Below are positions 41,262 through 51,531 of a stretch of DNA of 64,000 nt, in pieces. The DNA is from Planktomarina sp. (GTDB lineage: Bacteria; Pseudomonadota; Alphaproteobacteria; Rhodobacterales; Rhodobacteraceae). The stretch covers positions 1,794 to 65,793 of the forward strand of contig JAHDDS010000004.1 in NCBI GenBank assembly GCA_020629235.1. Reading direction: 5' to 3'. The position numbers were made by a program, and so were the translations under genes. Position 1 is the stretch's first letter, and the number at the start of each line of letters is the position of its first letter. The notes below the pieces were generated by a model, which ran no database searches, had not been told where the DNA came from, and saw only the letters and a program-made list of their open reading frames with translations.

Positions 41262-43723
41262 TGAGCGACGACGGCAAAAAAACCCTGGGTCTGCGGGGCG
41301 GACCACGTTCTGGCAATGTGAAGCAAAGCTTCAGCCATGGCCGGACGAAAAACGTGGTGGTGGAAACCAAGCGCAAACGCGTGATGGTTCCCAAACCAGG
41401 TGGTGCGAAGCCATCGGGCGGGGCACCCATAGGGGATCCGTCGCGCCGCCCAGCTGGTATTTCTGACGCGGAAATGGACCGCCGGTTGAAGGCTGTCCAA
41501 GCCGCAAAAGCGCGCGAAGCGGACGATGCGGCCCAACGTGAAGCTGACGAAAAAGCGCGCGCGGAAGAACGCCAGCGCCGCAAGGACGAAGCCGAAGCGA
41601 AAGAGCGGGAAGCCAAAGAACGCGAAGAAAAAGCGAAGGCCCGGGCTGAAGAAGAAGAACGCAAAAAGCGCGACGCAGAAACGGCCGCCCGCCGGGCCGC
41701 CACGACGCCCGCGCCTGCCGCAGATGATCGGGGCGCCAGCAAGTCTGCACCGGCCCGCAAGCAGGCACAAGAACCACGCCGCGACGACCAGCAACGTCAG
41801 AACCGGGGCAAAGGCCGCGATGACGGACGCCGGTCCGGCAAGCTGACAGTGAACCAAGCGCTGTCTGGGGGCGACGGTCGCCAGCGGTCGCTTGCGTCCA
41901 TGAAGCGCAAACAAGAACGTGCCCGGCAGAAGGCGTTGGGCAACAGTGAACCGCGCGAAAAGGTTGTTCGCGACGTGCAGGTGCCCGAAGCCATCGTTGT
42001 GTCTGAACTGGCCAACCGTATGGCAGAAAAAGTGCCGGACGTGGTGAAGTCGCTGATGCAGATGGGCATGATGGTAACGCAAAACCAAACCATCGACCAA
42101 GACACCGCAGAACTGATCGTGGAAGAATTCGGCCACAAGATCGTGCGGGTGTCGGATGCAGACGTGGAACAAGTCATCGATTCTGTCGAAGATTCCGACG
42201 ATGATCTGCAGTTGCGGCCCCCTGTGATCACAGTGATGGGTCACGTGGACCACGGCAAAACATCCGTTCTGGATGCAATCCGAAACGCAAAAGTCGTGTC
42301 CGGTGAAGCAGGCGGCATCACGCAGCACATTGGTGCGTATCAGGTCAATCAAGACGGTGCTGTTTTGACCTTCCTGGATACGCCAGGCCACGCTGCGTTC
42401 ACATCGATGCGCGCGCGCGGTGCCCAGGTCACCGACATCGTTGTATTGGTTGTGGCGGCGGACGACGCTGTGATGCCCCAAACGGTGGAAGCGATTGCCC
42501 ACGCCAAAGCGGCAGAGGTGCCGATGATCGTGGCCATCAACAAGATCGACCTGCCTGCGGCGCAACCTGACAAGGTGCGCACCGACCTGTTGCAACACGA
42601 AGTCATCGTGGAAAAAATGTCGGGCGAAGTGCAAGACGTTGAAGTGTCTGCCATTACCGGCCAAGGCCTGGACACGTTGTTGGAATCCATCGCGCTGCAG
42701 TCTGAAATTCTTGAATTGAAAGCCAACCCAAACCGCGCCGCGGCGGGTGCTGTGATCGAAGCCCAGTTGGACGTGGGCCGCGGGCCTGTGGCCACCGTTC
42801 TTGTGCAAAACGGCACGCTGAAACAGGGTGACATTTTCGTGGTGGGCGAACAGTGGGGCAAAGTACGTGCCCTGGTGAATGACAAAGGCGAACGCGTAAA
42901 AGCGGCCGGGCCTTCTGTTCCGGTCGAAGTCTTGGGCCTGAACGGCACACCGGAAGCGGGCGACGTGTTGAACGTTGTGGACACCGAAGCGCAAGCCCGG
43001 GAAATCGCCGAATACCGCGCCCAAGCAGCCAAGGACAAACGCGCCGCGGCTGGTGCTGCCGTGACCCTGGATCAGCTGATGGCAAATGCCAAAGCCGATG
43101 AAAATGTCAGTGAATTGCCAGTCGTGGTGAAAGCAGACGTGCAAGGGTCGGCAGAAGCGATCGTCCAAGCCATGGAAAAAATCGGCAACGACGAAGTGCG
43201 GGTGCGGGTTCTGCATTCCGGCGTTGGGGCCATCACCGAAAGTGACATCGGCCTGGCCGAAGCATCGGGCGCGCCTGTGTTCGGGTTCAACGTCCGGGCC
43301 AATGCGCCGGCGCGGAATTCGGCCAACCAAAAGGGCGTGGAAATCCGGTACTATTCCGTCATCTATGACTTGGTGGACGACGTGAAAGCGGCGGCCTCTG
43401 GCTTGTTGAGCGCGGAAATCAAAGAAAAGTTCATCGGTTACGCGAACATCAAAGAGGTGTTCAAGGTTTCTGGCGTCGGCAAAGTGGCTGGCTGTCTGGT
43501 GACCGAAGGGGTGGCCCGCCGGTCTGCCGGTGTGCGCCTGCTGCGCGACAACGTGGTGATCCACGAAGGCACGTTGAAAACGCTGAAGCGCTTCAAAGAC
43601 GAAGTGGCGGAAGTTCAGTCCGGTCAAGAATGCGGCATGGCATTTGAAAACTATGACGATATCCGCCCCAACGACGTGATCGAAATCTTTGAACGGGAAG
43701 AGGTTGAGCGTACGCTTGATTGA
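41261..43723 (+). CDS. infB: Translation initiation factor IF-2
   Basis: [42 protein letters not shown]-terminus. Confidence 0.98.
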   Translation: MSDDGKKTLGLRGGPRSGNVKQSFSHGRTKNVVVETKRKRVMVPKPGGAKPSGGAPIGDPSRRPAGISDAEMDRRLKAVQAAKAREADDAAQREADEKARAEERQRRKDEAEAKEREAKEREEKAKARAEEEERKKRDAETAARRAATTPAPAADDRGASKSAPARKQAQEPRRDDQQRQNRGKGRDDGRRSGKLTVNQALSGGDGRQRSLASMKRKQERARQKALGNSEPREKVVRDVQVPEAIVVSELANRMAEKVPDVVKSLMQMGMMVTQNQTIDQDTAELIVEEFGHKIVRVSDADVEQVIDSVEDSDDDLQLRPPVITVMGHVDHGKTSVLDAIRNAKVVSGEAGGITQHIGAYQVNQDGAVLTFLDTPGHAAFTSMRARGAQVTDIVVLVVAADDAVMPQTVEAIAHAKAAEVPMIVAINKIDLPAAQPDKVRTDLLQHEVIVEKMSGEVQDVEVSAITGQGLDTLLESIALQSEILELKANPNRAAAGAVIEAQLDVGRGPVATVLVQNGTLKQGDIFVVGEQWGKVRALVNDKGERVKAAGPSVPVEVLGLNGTPEAGDVLNVVDTEAQAREIAEYRAQAAKDKRAAAGAAVTLDQLMANAKADENVSELPVVVKADVQGSAEAIVQAMEKIGNDEVRVRVLHSGVGAITESDIGLAEASGAPVFGFNVRANAPARNSANQKGVEIRYYSVIYDLVDDVKAAASGLLSAEIKEKFIGYANIKEVFKVSGVGKVAGCLVTEGVARRSAGVRLLRDNVVIHEGTLKTLKRFKDEVAEVQSGQECGMAFENYDDIRPNDVIEIFEREEVERTLD

Positions 43724-43724
43724 T

Positions 43725-43783
43725 GGGGCGTTGCCCCCTGGCCGTTCCGGCCATTCCCCCAAGGTATTTCTGGCAAAATGAAG
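43725..43783. repeat. Putative REP-like palindromic intergenic element
   Basis: GGGGCGTTGCCCC hairpin, TGGCCG-TTC-CGGCCA hairpin, then CCCCAAGGTATTTCTGGCAAAATGAAG tail; resembles short intergenic repeats I recall from Rhodobacteraceae; copy number cannot be judged from this window. Confidence 0.5.
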
Positions 43784-43785
43784 AC

Positions 43786-43816
43786 AGGGCCCTTTCCATT
43801 GGAAGGGGCCTTTGTT
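43786..43816. terminator. Terminator hairpin between convergent infB and mutT
   Basis: AGGGCCCTTTCC-ATT-GGAAGGGGCCTT followed by TGTT. Confidence 0.65.
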
Positions 43817-43817
43817 G

Positions 43818-44216
43818 TTACAGCCAGTCCATAAGGATCGGGATCAGCGGGATGTCGGCGGCGGGCATGGGGAAGTTGCGTAAATCTTTCTTTTGCACCC
43901 ACTTCAGCGTTTGGCCTTCGCGCGCTTGGGGAATGCCTTCCCATTTGCGGCAAGCAAACAGGGGCATCAGCAGGTGAAAATCGTCATAGGCGTGGCTGGC
44001 GAAGGTCAGCGGCGCCAGGCAGGACTGCCAGGTGTTGATGCCCAATTCTTCTTCCAATTCCCTTATTAGGGCCTGTTCTGGGGTTTCGCCGGGTTCCACT
44101 TTGCCGCCTGGAAATTCCCACAAGCCCGCCATGGATTTACCTTCGGGGCGTTGCGCCAACAAAACGCGCCCATCGGCGTCGATCAGCGCAACGGCGGACA
44201 CCAAGACCGATTTCAC
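43818..44216 (-). CDS. mutT: 8-oxo-dGTP diphosphatase MutT
   Basis: LWEFPGGKVEPGETPEQALIRELEEELG, FHLLMPLF, PAAD. Confidence 0.92.
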   Translation of the reverse strand: MKSVLVSAVALIDADGRVLLAQRPEGKSMAGLWEFPGGKVEPGETPEQALIRELEEELGINTWQSCLAPLTFASHAYDDFHLLMPLFACRKWEGIPQAREGQTLKWVQKKDLRNFPMPAADIPLIPILMDWL

Positions 44217-45430
44217 GATCGGTAGTCCGCGTTGATGGAAATGTACCCGTGGGTCAGATCACAGGTCCACATCGTGGCTGTTCCGTCCCCAAGCCCCAAG
44301 TCAACACAAAGGGAAATTTCGTCCTGTTTCATATGGGCTTGGCCTGCGTCTTCAGAATAACTTTCCGCGACCCAGCCTTTTTCCGCCACCAATGTGTCGC
44401 CAAACCAAATGGACAACCGATCCCGGTCGGCGGCTGCCCCGGATTTGCCCACCGCCATAACGATGCGGCCCCAGTTGGGATCTTCACCCGCGATGGCGGT
44501 TTTGACCAAGGGGGAGTTTGCGATGGCCCCCGCGACCTTGCGGGCGTCTTCATCGGTTTTGGCCCCTTTCACCGACACTTCAATGAACTTCGTGGCCCCT
44601 TCACCGTCCCGCACAACCTGATGGGCCAAGTCCAACATGACGGCATGCAAGGCAGTCTGAAAGTCCGAGGACCCCGTTACATCGACGCCCGATGCCCCTG
44701 TGGCGGCGCACAACAGCGTGTCCGAAGTGGACGTATCGCTGTCCACCGTGATGCAATTAAAGGTCTTATTGTTCAGGACAGAGACTGATTTTTGCAAATC
44801 CGCCCGCGCGATTTTCGCGTCGGTGAAGATATAGACCAGCATCGTCGCCATATCGGGCGCGATCATGCCCGATCCTTTGGCGATGCCGCAAATGGTGACA
44901 GGTCCGCTGGGGGTATCCACGCTGCGGTGGCTGCCTTTGGGGAATGTGTCCGTTGTGCAAATGGCGGTGGCCGCGTCCTCAAATCGATCCGTGGACAGAT
45001 CTGCGTGCAAGGCGTCCAATGTTGCGATGATCTTGTCGTGGGGCAGGGGTTCGCCAATTACACCGGTCGACGAAGTAAACACACGGTCTTGTGGCACGTC
45101 ACACGCACCGGCCACGGCATGGGTGATGGCGTCCACGGACGCTTGGCCCAGCCCGCCAGTGAAGGCGTTCGCATTGCCTGAATTCACCAAAATGGCTGCC
45201 CCGGTGTCTGCGTCAGTGCCGATCTTGTCTTGGCAATCCAATACCGCCGCTGACCGGGTGGACGACCGTGTGAAGACCCCCGCCACTGTTGTGCCAGGGT
45301 CCAAGACCGCCAACAACACATCGGGGCGGTCTTTGTATTTCACCCCAGCATTGGCCACCGCCATGCGCACCCCGGCGACGGGGGGCAGGGGTGGAAAACC
45401 TGCGGGGGCCAAAGGGGATTTGGCCGTCAT
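44213..45430 (-). CDS. argJ: Bifunctional ornithine acetyltransferase/N-acetylglutamate synthase ArgJ
   Basis: NSGNANAFTG, TTDTFPK, KGSGMIAPDMATML, DTSTSD, DGEGATK, INADYRS. Confidence 0.97.
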   Translation of the reverse strand: MTAKSPLAPAGFPPLPPVAGVRMAVANAGVKYKDRPDVLLAVLDPGTTVAGVFTRSSTRSAAVLDCQDKIGTDADTGAAILVNSGNANAFTGGLGQASVDAITHAVAGACDVPQDRVFTSSTGVIGEPLPHDKIIATLDALHADLSTDRFEDAATAICTTDTFPKGSHRSVDTPSGPVTICGIAKGSGMIAPDMATMLVYIFTDAKIARADLQKSVSVLNNKTFNCITVDSDTSTSDTLLCAATGASGVDVTGSSDFQTALHAVMLDLAHQVVRDGEGATKFIEVSVKGAKTDEDARKVAGAIANSPLVKTAIAGEDPNWGRIVMAVGKSGAAADRDRLSIWFGDTLVAEKGWVAESYSEDAGQAHMKQDEISLCVDLGLGDGTATMWTCDLTHGYISINADYRS

Positions 45431-46275
45431 TGTGCGGATGTCAGTTCCACAGTGGACAGGACCGTTGGGGACACTGTTCCATCGTCCATGCGGGTGACTG
45501 TTGCGTTGGCTTGCAGTTCCGCCAAGCGTGCTTCGATCGCCTTTTGCCCCAGTTCGGCGGCCAGTTCGCCTTGCACTTCTTCGAAGGCTGGGGCCGCCAC
45601 GTCGCGGATTTCATTCAGTTTGATCACGTGCCAGCCAAACTGGGTTTCCACCGGGGCAGAAATTGCGCCCGCTTCCATGGCCATGACGGCCTGTTCGAAG
45701 GGGGGCACCATTTGGCCCTGGCCGAACCACCCCAGGTCCCCGCCACGGGGTCCAGATGGGCCGGTGGAATGGGCCTTGGCGGTTTCGCCAAAGTCGGCCC
45801 CGCCATCCAACAAAGCGATCAGTTCTTTTGCTTTTTCTTCCGTTTCCACCAGAATGTGGGCGGCGCTGTATTCCTGTTCTGCCGGACCGTTGGTGTAGCG
45901 TTCGTCGTACAACGCCTGAACCGCGTCAGGGGATGTGGCGTCGGCTTCCAATTGTTCCATCACGATCTGCGACCGCAAATTGCGCCGCTCGTTTTCGATG
46001 GACAGTTCGATCCAGGCGGGCTGTTCCTCAAAGGATTGGGACAGCAAAGTTTGGCGCACCAGCTGGTCTACGATTCCTTGAAACAGGACCTCGTCCGGGA
46101 TGGTTTGATACTGCTGTGGCAACAGGCGCTTGATGTCCAAAACGTGACCCACTGTGATGTTCTGTTCGCCCACCGTGGCCACGACTGTGTTGACCGTTGC
46201 ATCTTGGGCGAAAGCCGGTGTGGCCAGGGCAAATGCCACCGCAGAGGCGCGCAGGATCGGGTGTGAAAATACCAT
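45427..46275 (-). CDS. Periplasmic parvulin-type peptidyl-prolyl isomerase
   Basis: Signal peptide; AAHILV, GGDLGWF, MVPPFE, VETQFGWHVIK. Confidence 0.92.
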   Translation of the reverse strand: MVFSHPILRASAVAFALATPAFAQDATVNTVVATVGEQNITVGHVLDIKRLLPQQYQTIPDEVLFQGIVDQLVRQTLLSQSFEEQPAWIELSIENERRNLRSQIVMEQLEADATSPDAVQALYDERYTNGPAEQEYSAAHILVETEEKAKELIALLDGGADFGETAKAHSTGPSGPRGGDLGWFGQGQMVPPFEQAVMAMEAGAISAPVETQFGWHVIKLNEIRDVAAPAFEEVQGELAAELGQKAIEARLAELQANATVTRMDDGTVSPTVLSTVELTSAQ

Positions 46276-46313
46276 CTTTGTTTCCTTTCGGATGCAGCGC
46301 TTGGGCCGCAGCG

Positions 46314-46342
46314 TTGACACTCTATGACCGGACCCATACATC
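46314..46342 (+). promoter_or_regulatory. Putative sigma70 promoter for secA
   Basis: TTGACA-N17-TACATC about 120 nt upstream of the secA ATG. Confidence 0.55.
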
Positions 46343-46461
46343 GCTAACTGGTCCTGAGGGGGACTGTCTTTTGGGCGCTGGCTGATCTTTGTCATAGGTC
46401 GCCAACACTGGCCCGGCAAGCAAGAACCCTCACACAAATTGGTCAACCGGGCGGGGAAAGA

Positions 46462-49155
46462 ATGCTGGGAATCGGAACACTTGCCAAAAAGGTTTTTGGC
46501 ACGCCCAACGACCGGAAGGTCAAAGCCACCCGCCCCTTGGTGGACAAAATCAACGCGTTAGAGCCGGAGTTCGAGGCGTTGTCGGACGAAGGCTTGATCG
46601 AAAAGACCGCAGAACTGCGGGCGCGCGCGGAAAATGGCGAAAGTTTGGACGACTTGCTGCCCGAAGCGTTTGCCAACTGCCGTGAGGGGGCCAAGCGGGC
46701 GTTGGGCCTGCGCGCGTTCGACGTGCAGTTGATGGGCGGGATCTTCCTGCACCAGGGCAACATCTCTGAAATGAAAACCGGCGAAGGCAAAACCCTTGTG
46801 GCCACCTTCCCTGCGTATCTGAACGCCCTGACGGGCAAAGGCGTGCACGTGGTCACGGTGAACGACTATCTGGCCAAGCGCGATTCCGAATGGATGAGCA
46901 ACGTGTTCAACGCTTTGGGCATGACCTGCGGGGTCGTGTATCCAGAACAAGACCCGGAAGAAAAAGCCGCCGCCTATGCGTGCGACGTGACGTATGCCAC
47001 CAACAATGAACTGGGCTTTGATTACCTGCGCGACAACATGAAATCTGAACTGTCGCAGATGAACCAAAAGTACCACAACTTCGCCATCGTGGACGAAGTG
47101 GACAGCATCTTGATCGACGAAGCGCGGACGCCGCTGATCATTTCCGGGCCGTCGCAGGACCGGTCTGACCTGTACAAAACCATCGACACCATCATTCCAG
47201 ACGTGACCGATGAACACTTCACCTTGGATGAAAAGGCGAAGAACTGCACCTTCACGGACGAAGGCAACGAATGGCTGGAAGATGTGCTGCACGCCCGGGG
47301 GATTCTTCCCGAAGGGCAATCGCTGTATGATCCAGAAAGCACCACCATCGTGCACCACGTGAACCAGGGCCTGCGGGCCCACAAACTGTTCACGCGGGAC
47401 AAAGACTATATCGTGCGCGACGGTGAAGTGGTGCTGATTGATGAATTCACAGGGCGCATGATGTCTGGCCGCCGGTTGTCGGATGGGTTGCACCAAGCCA
47501 TCGAAGCCAAGGAAAACTGTGACATTCAGCCTGAAAACGTGACGCTGGCATCGGTGACGTTCCAAAACTATTTCCGACTGTACAACAAGCTGTCTGGCAT
47601 GACCGGAACCGCTGCCACAGAAGCGGAAGAATTCAAGGAAATCTATAACCTGGGGGTGGTGGAAGTCCCCACCAACCAACCTGTGGCGCGGGTCGATGAA
47701 GACGACCAAGTGTACCGCACAGCCCAGGAAAAATACGGTGCCATCGTCGAAGCCATTCAGGAAGCCAATGAAAAGGGCCAGCCTGTTTTGGTGGGCACCA
47801 CGTCCATTGAAAAGTCGGAATTCCTGTCGCAATTGCTGACCCAGGCCGGGGTGCAGCACAATGTCTTGAACGCGCGCCAGCACGAACAAGAAGCGCAGAT
47901 CGTGGCCAATGCCGGGAAAATCGGGGCGGTGACCATCGCCACCAACATGGCCGGGCGCGGCACCGACATTAAGCTGGGGGGCAATTTCGAGTTTCAAGTG
48001 ATGGAAGCCATCGCTGCGGACCCGGAAGCCGATCCCGAAGCCATCCGTGCGGCCCTGGAAGAAACCCATGCCAACGATGAAGCTGCGGTGAAGGCGGCGG
48101 GGGGCTTGTATGTTTTGGCCACCGAACGCCACGAAAGCCGCCGCATCGACAATCAGCTGCGGGGCCGGTCTGGCCGCCAAGGGGACCCTGGACGCAGCAG
48201 CTTCTATCTGTCTTTGGACGATGATCTGATGCGCATCTTCGGGTCCGAACGGTTGGAAAAGGTTCTGTCCACCTTGGGCATGAAGGAAGGCGAAGCGATT
48301 GTGCACCCTTGGGTGAACAAATCCTTGGAACGCGCCCAAGCCAAGGTGGAAGGCCGCAACTTCGACATCCGCAAACAGTTGCTGAAGTTCGACGACGTGA
48401 TGAACGAACAGCGCAAAGTGATCTTCAGCCAACGGATGGAGATTATGGAAGCCGAAGACCTGTCGGAAATCACCCAAGATATGCGGCACCAGGTGATCGA
48501 AGATTTGGTCACGATTCATATTCCGCCGAAATCGTACTCCGATCAGTGGGACGGTGAAGGCCTGCACGCGGCGGTGATCGAAAAGCTGGGCTTTGAAGCG
48601 CCCGTGCTGGAATGGGTCAACGCCGAAGGGGAAGACGACGACAGTATTCGCGAAAAGCTGGAAACCATGTCGGACGAAATGATGGCCAAGAAAGCGGTGG
48701 AATTCGGCCCCGAAAACATGCGGTCCATCGAAAAGCAGGTCCTGTTGGAATCCATCGACGGCAAGTGGCGCGAACACTTGTTGACGCTGGAACACCTGCG
48801 GTCGGTCGTGGGCTTCCGCGGATATGCCCAACGCGATCCGCTGAACGAATACAAGTCAGAGGCATTTCAACTGTTCGAAAACCTGTTGGACAGCTTGCGC
48901 GAACGGGTCAGCCAAATCCTGGGTCACATCCGCATGCGCACGCCAGAAGAACAGCAGGAACTGATGGCCGAACTGATGCGCCAACAGGCCTTGATGCAAC
49001 AGGCCGCTGAAGCAGAAGGCGCAGTCGACCCGGCCTTGGCGGGTGGCGGATTTGATGAAAACAACCCAGCCACATGGGGCAACCCCGCCAGGAACGATGC
49101 GTGCCCGTGCGGGTCTGGCAAAAAATTCAAACACTGCCACGGCCGCGTGACATAA
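46462..49155 (+). CDS. secA: Preprotein translocase subunit SecA
   Basis: [64 protein letters not shown]. Confidence 0.99.
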   Translation: MLGIGTLAKKVFGTPNDRKVKATRPLVDKINALEPEFEALSDEGLIEKTAELRARAENGESLDDLLPEAFANCREGAKRALGLRAFDVQLMGGIFLHQGNISEMKTGEGKTLVATFPAYLNALTGKGVHVVTVNDYLAKRDSEWMSNVFNALGMTCGVVYPEQDPEEKAAAYACDVTYATNNELGFDYLRDNMKSELSQMNQKYHNFAIVDEVDSILIDEARTPLIISGPSQDRSDLYKTIDTIIPDVTDEHFTLDEKAKNCTFTDEGNEWLEDVLHARGILPEGQSLYDPESTTIVHHVNQGLRAHKLFTRDKDYIVRDGEVVLIDEFTGRMMSGRRLSDGLHQAIEAKENCDIQPENVTLASVTFQNYFRLYNKLSGMTGTAATEAEEFKEIYNLGVVEVPTNQPVARVDEDDQVYRTAQEKYGAIVEAIQEANEKGQPVLVGTTSIEKSEFLSQLLTQAGVQHNVLNARQHEQEAQIVANAGKIGAVTIATNMAGRGTDIKLGGNFEFQVMEAIAADPEADPEAIRAALEETHANDEAAVKAAGGLYVLATERHESRRIDNQLRGRSGRQGDPGRSSFYLSLDDDLMRIFGSERLEKVLSTLGMKEGEAIVHPWVNKSLERAQAKVEGRNFDIRKQLLKFDDVMNEQRKVIFSQRMEIMEAEDLSEITQDMRHQVIEDLVTIHIPPKSYSDQWDGEGLHAAVIEKLGFEAPVLEWVNAEGEDDDSIREKLETMSDEMMAKKAVEFGPENMRSIEKQVLLESIDGKWREHLLTLEHLRSVVGFRGYAQRDPLNEYKSEAFQLFENLLDSLRERVSQILGHIRMRTPEEQQELMAELMRQQALMQQAAEAEGAVDPALAGGGFDENNPATWGNPARNDACPCGSGKKFKHCHGRVT

Positions 49156-49253
49156 CCGCCACTGACCCTGCGCCACGGCGATATGTGGCCCGGGCCAACG
49201 GTTGTCGAATCTGCACTGACCAACGACATTCCCCCCAATAAAAAGGGGGGGAC

Positions 49254-50753
49254 ATGTCCAAATTTGGACATCGTGTAATTGGTTTAGCGGTGGCTTGGTT
49301 GGTGTTTGCAACCGGGCCCGCTTTTGCTGAACGCGTGACACTGTCTTTGTTGGACGGGTCCTTTTCTGTCTCTGGCACGTTGAAGCGGTTCGACAGCGAA
49401 TATTTCACAATCGACAGCGACCTGGGCGAACTGACCATGGCCGCCGCGACATCCCGGTGCGATGGCAGCGGCTGTCCCAATCTGGCAGATATGGTGCCGA
49501 CGGTGCAGCTTGCCGTTTCGCCAGAATTGGCTGATCGCCTGGTGCCTGCGTTGATTGAAAATTTCGCGTCAAGCCAAGGGATGCGCTTGTCAGCCAGGGC
49601 ATCGGATCGCGGGTCTGTGCTGATCGATTTAACAGCCCCCCTGCCTGTGGGCCGGGTGCTGGAAATTGAGATGACCTTGATGGAATCCACCCAAGGGTTC
49701 GACGCGCTGGCGAACAATTCCGTTGACCTTGCCATTTTGCGGCGTGCGCCAACGACAACAGAACGCCGGAAGATGATTCAATTGAACCCATCCGCGCTGC
49801 GGTCCCAGGTCATCGGTTGGGAAACGCTGCGACTGTACGCTGGGGCGGAAAATCCCGTGGCTGCTTTGACGGTGCGGCAGTTGATGGAACGCACCGGCGT
49901 GTCGGAAGACCCGGGTGTGTCAGATCAGACGGACAGCTTCGGCTTGGACGGTGACAGCGACAGTTTGATCGCGCTGCACCAAGTGTTGGGCCACAAGCTG
50001 ACATCGCCCCTGCAGGCCCGGTCGCGTGGGGCGCGCGACGATGTGATATTGGTGACGCCCAACCTGTCACTGCCCCCGCCTTTGAAGTACATCCCCGTTT
50101 CGGCCAGTTGCGGTGCGCCTGTGCCCCGGGCCGATGACACGTTCGGCGCGCACCCTTTGGAAGCGCCGCTTTATTTGTTCCATGCCAATGCGCGGCTGCC
50201 CCGGGTCGCCCGCGATTTCATGCAATATATGCTGTCGGTGCCTGCCCAACGGATCGTTGAACGTGCGGGTTTCATCAGCCGCACGTCCCAAGAAGCGGGC
50301 ATGGACAGCAACCAAGGCATCTTGATGAATGCGGTTTTGAATTCCAGCAACGATGTGGGGCTTGCGGATTTGCGCCAGGCTGTGCGCGCCCTGTCGGGGT
50401 TCGGCCGGCTTTCTTTGACCTTCCGATATGCCGAAGGCACGCGCGATTTGGATGCGGTGTCCCGGTCCAACCTGGGGTATTTGGCCGATCTGCTGCAAGA
50501 AGCCCGCTTTGCCGGGCGCGACGTTTTGTTTGCAGGGTTCAGCGACAGCAGCGGTAATGCCCGCGCAAACTTGCGGTTGTCCACGCAACGGGCGGAAACC
50601 TTGCGGGACACGATCTTGGGCATCATGGGCGACAACGCGCCCGATGGGGACCGCTTCATCGCCAAAGGTTTTGGCGAAGTCTTGCCCCTTGCGTGCAATG
50701 ACATTGCTTGGGGCCAGCATCAAAATCGGCGCGTGGAAATCTGGGTCCGTTAA
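49254..50753 (+). CDS. Exported protein with PstS-like periplasmic-binding region and C-terminal OmpA-like peptidoglycan-binding domain
   Basis: Signal peptide; HPLEAPLYLF (resembles the PstS YPLxRPLY motif); GFSD, NLRLSTQRA, GFGE, NRRVEIW OmpA motifs. Confidence 0.8.
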   Translation: MSKFGHRVIGLAVAWLVFATGPAFAERVTLSLLDGSFSVSGTLKRFDSEYFTIDSDLGELTMAAATSRCDGSGCPNLADMVPTVQLAVSPELADRLVPALIENFASSQGMRLSARASDRGSVLIDLTAPLPVGRVLEIEMTLMESTQGFDALANNSVDLAILRRAPTTTERRKMIQLNPSALRSQVIGWETLRLYAGAENPVAALTVRQLMERTGVSEDPGVSDQTDSFGLDGDSDSLIALHQVLGHKLTSPLQARSRGARDDVILVTPNLSLPPPLKYIPVSASCGAPVPRADDTFGAHPLEAPLYLFHANARLPRVARDFMQYMLSVPAQRIVERAGFISRTSQEAGMDSNQGILMNAVLNSSNDVGLADLRQAVRALSGFGRLSLTFRYAEGTRDLDAVSRSNLGYLADLLQEARFAGRDVLFAGFSDSSGNARANLRLSTQRAETLRDTILGIMGDNAPDGDRFIAKGFGEVLPLACNDIAWGQHQNRRVEIWVR

Positions 50754-51502
50754 AGGTGGCCTTGGGCACGCAGGCTGGCTTCTGCAAATCGCCCAACAAT
50801 CAAGTGATCGTGCAGCACAATGTCCAAGGCAGACGCCGCGGTGGCGATGGCCCGGGTCAGATCAATGTCTTCGGGCGAAGGTGTGGGGTCCCCAGACGGA
50901 TGGTTGTGCACCAAAATCAGGGCCGAAGCGGACAATTCCAAAGCGCGTTTGATCACCTCGCGCGGATAGACCTGGACCTGATCCACCGTGCCTTGGCTTT
51001 GGGTTTCGTCCGCGATCAAACGGTTCTTGCGGTCCAAAAACAGAACGCGGAAATGTTCGGTGTCGCGGTGGGCCAATGTGGTGCGGCAATACGCAACGAC
51101 CGCGTCCCAGCTTGAGATCAGCGGCTTTTCCCGCAGGGCAGATTGGGCCAGGCGGTGCGCTGCGGCTTCCACGATTTTCAATTCGACCACAACGGCGCAT
51201 CCAACCCCTTTGACCTGTTCCAGGCGCGCGGGATCGGCGGCCACCACGGCGTTGAAGCTGCCGAACACGGACAGCAATCTGTGTGCCAAGGGTTTGACAT
51301 CGGCCCGGGGGATGGCGCGAAACAAGACCAGTTCCAACACTTCATAGTCGGGCAGGGCGTCTGCGCCGCCGTGCATAAACCGGCTGCGCAGGCGTTTGCG
51401 GTGGTCATGCAGGTAACTGGGTGCCGCAGCAGAATTGTCTGCTGCTGGCACTTCGTCATTCGCGAACAGGTCTTGAATTGGGGCGGTCGGCATACCGATC
51501 AT
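50750..51502 (-). CDS. radC: RadC/JAB domain protein
   Basis: HRKRLR, DYEVLELVL, HhH VKGVG, VYPREV, HNHPSGDPTPS, HDH; alternative ATG at 51493. Confidence 0.94.
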   Translation of the reverse strand: MIGMPTAPIQDLFANDEVPAADNSAAAPSYLHDHRKRLRSRFMHGGADALPDYEVLELVLFRAIPRADVKPLAHRLLSVFGSFNAVVAADPARLEQVKGVGCAVVVELKIVEAAAHRLAQSALREKPLISSWDAVVAYCRTTLAHRDTEHFRVLFLDRKNRLIADETQSQGTVDQVQVYPREVIKRALELSASALILVHNHPSGDPTPSPEDIDLTRAIATAASALDIVLHDHLIVGRFAEASLRAQGHL

Positions 51503-51516
51503 ACCCCTGATTCTGG

Positions 51517-51531
51517 TTAAAGTGGGTTTAA
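51517..51531 (-). promoter_or_regulatory. CtrA box upstream of radC
   Basis: Perfect TTAA-ACCCACT-TTAA (followed by CC) on the minus strand, overlapping the dnaJ stop codon. Confidence 0.75.

Noticed and set aside
41500-41830. Repetitive GAA/GCG-rich stretch
   Set aside because: Normal charged, low-complexity linker of the IF-2 N-terminal domain, not a DNA repeat.
41258-43762. 834-aa minus-strand ORF, and similar ones opposite nusA (38994-40532), secA (46558-48831), the SBP gene (36559-38208) and maeB (10951-12690)
   Set aside because: Each mirrors a conserved, strongly codon-biased gene on the other strand; no independent coding evidence.
49230-49252. CCCCCC-AATAAAAA-GGGGGG hairpin before the OmpA-domain gene
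   Set aside because: A simple homopolymer stem overlapping the RBS; too little to call a thermometer, terminator or phase-variable tract.
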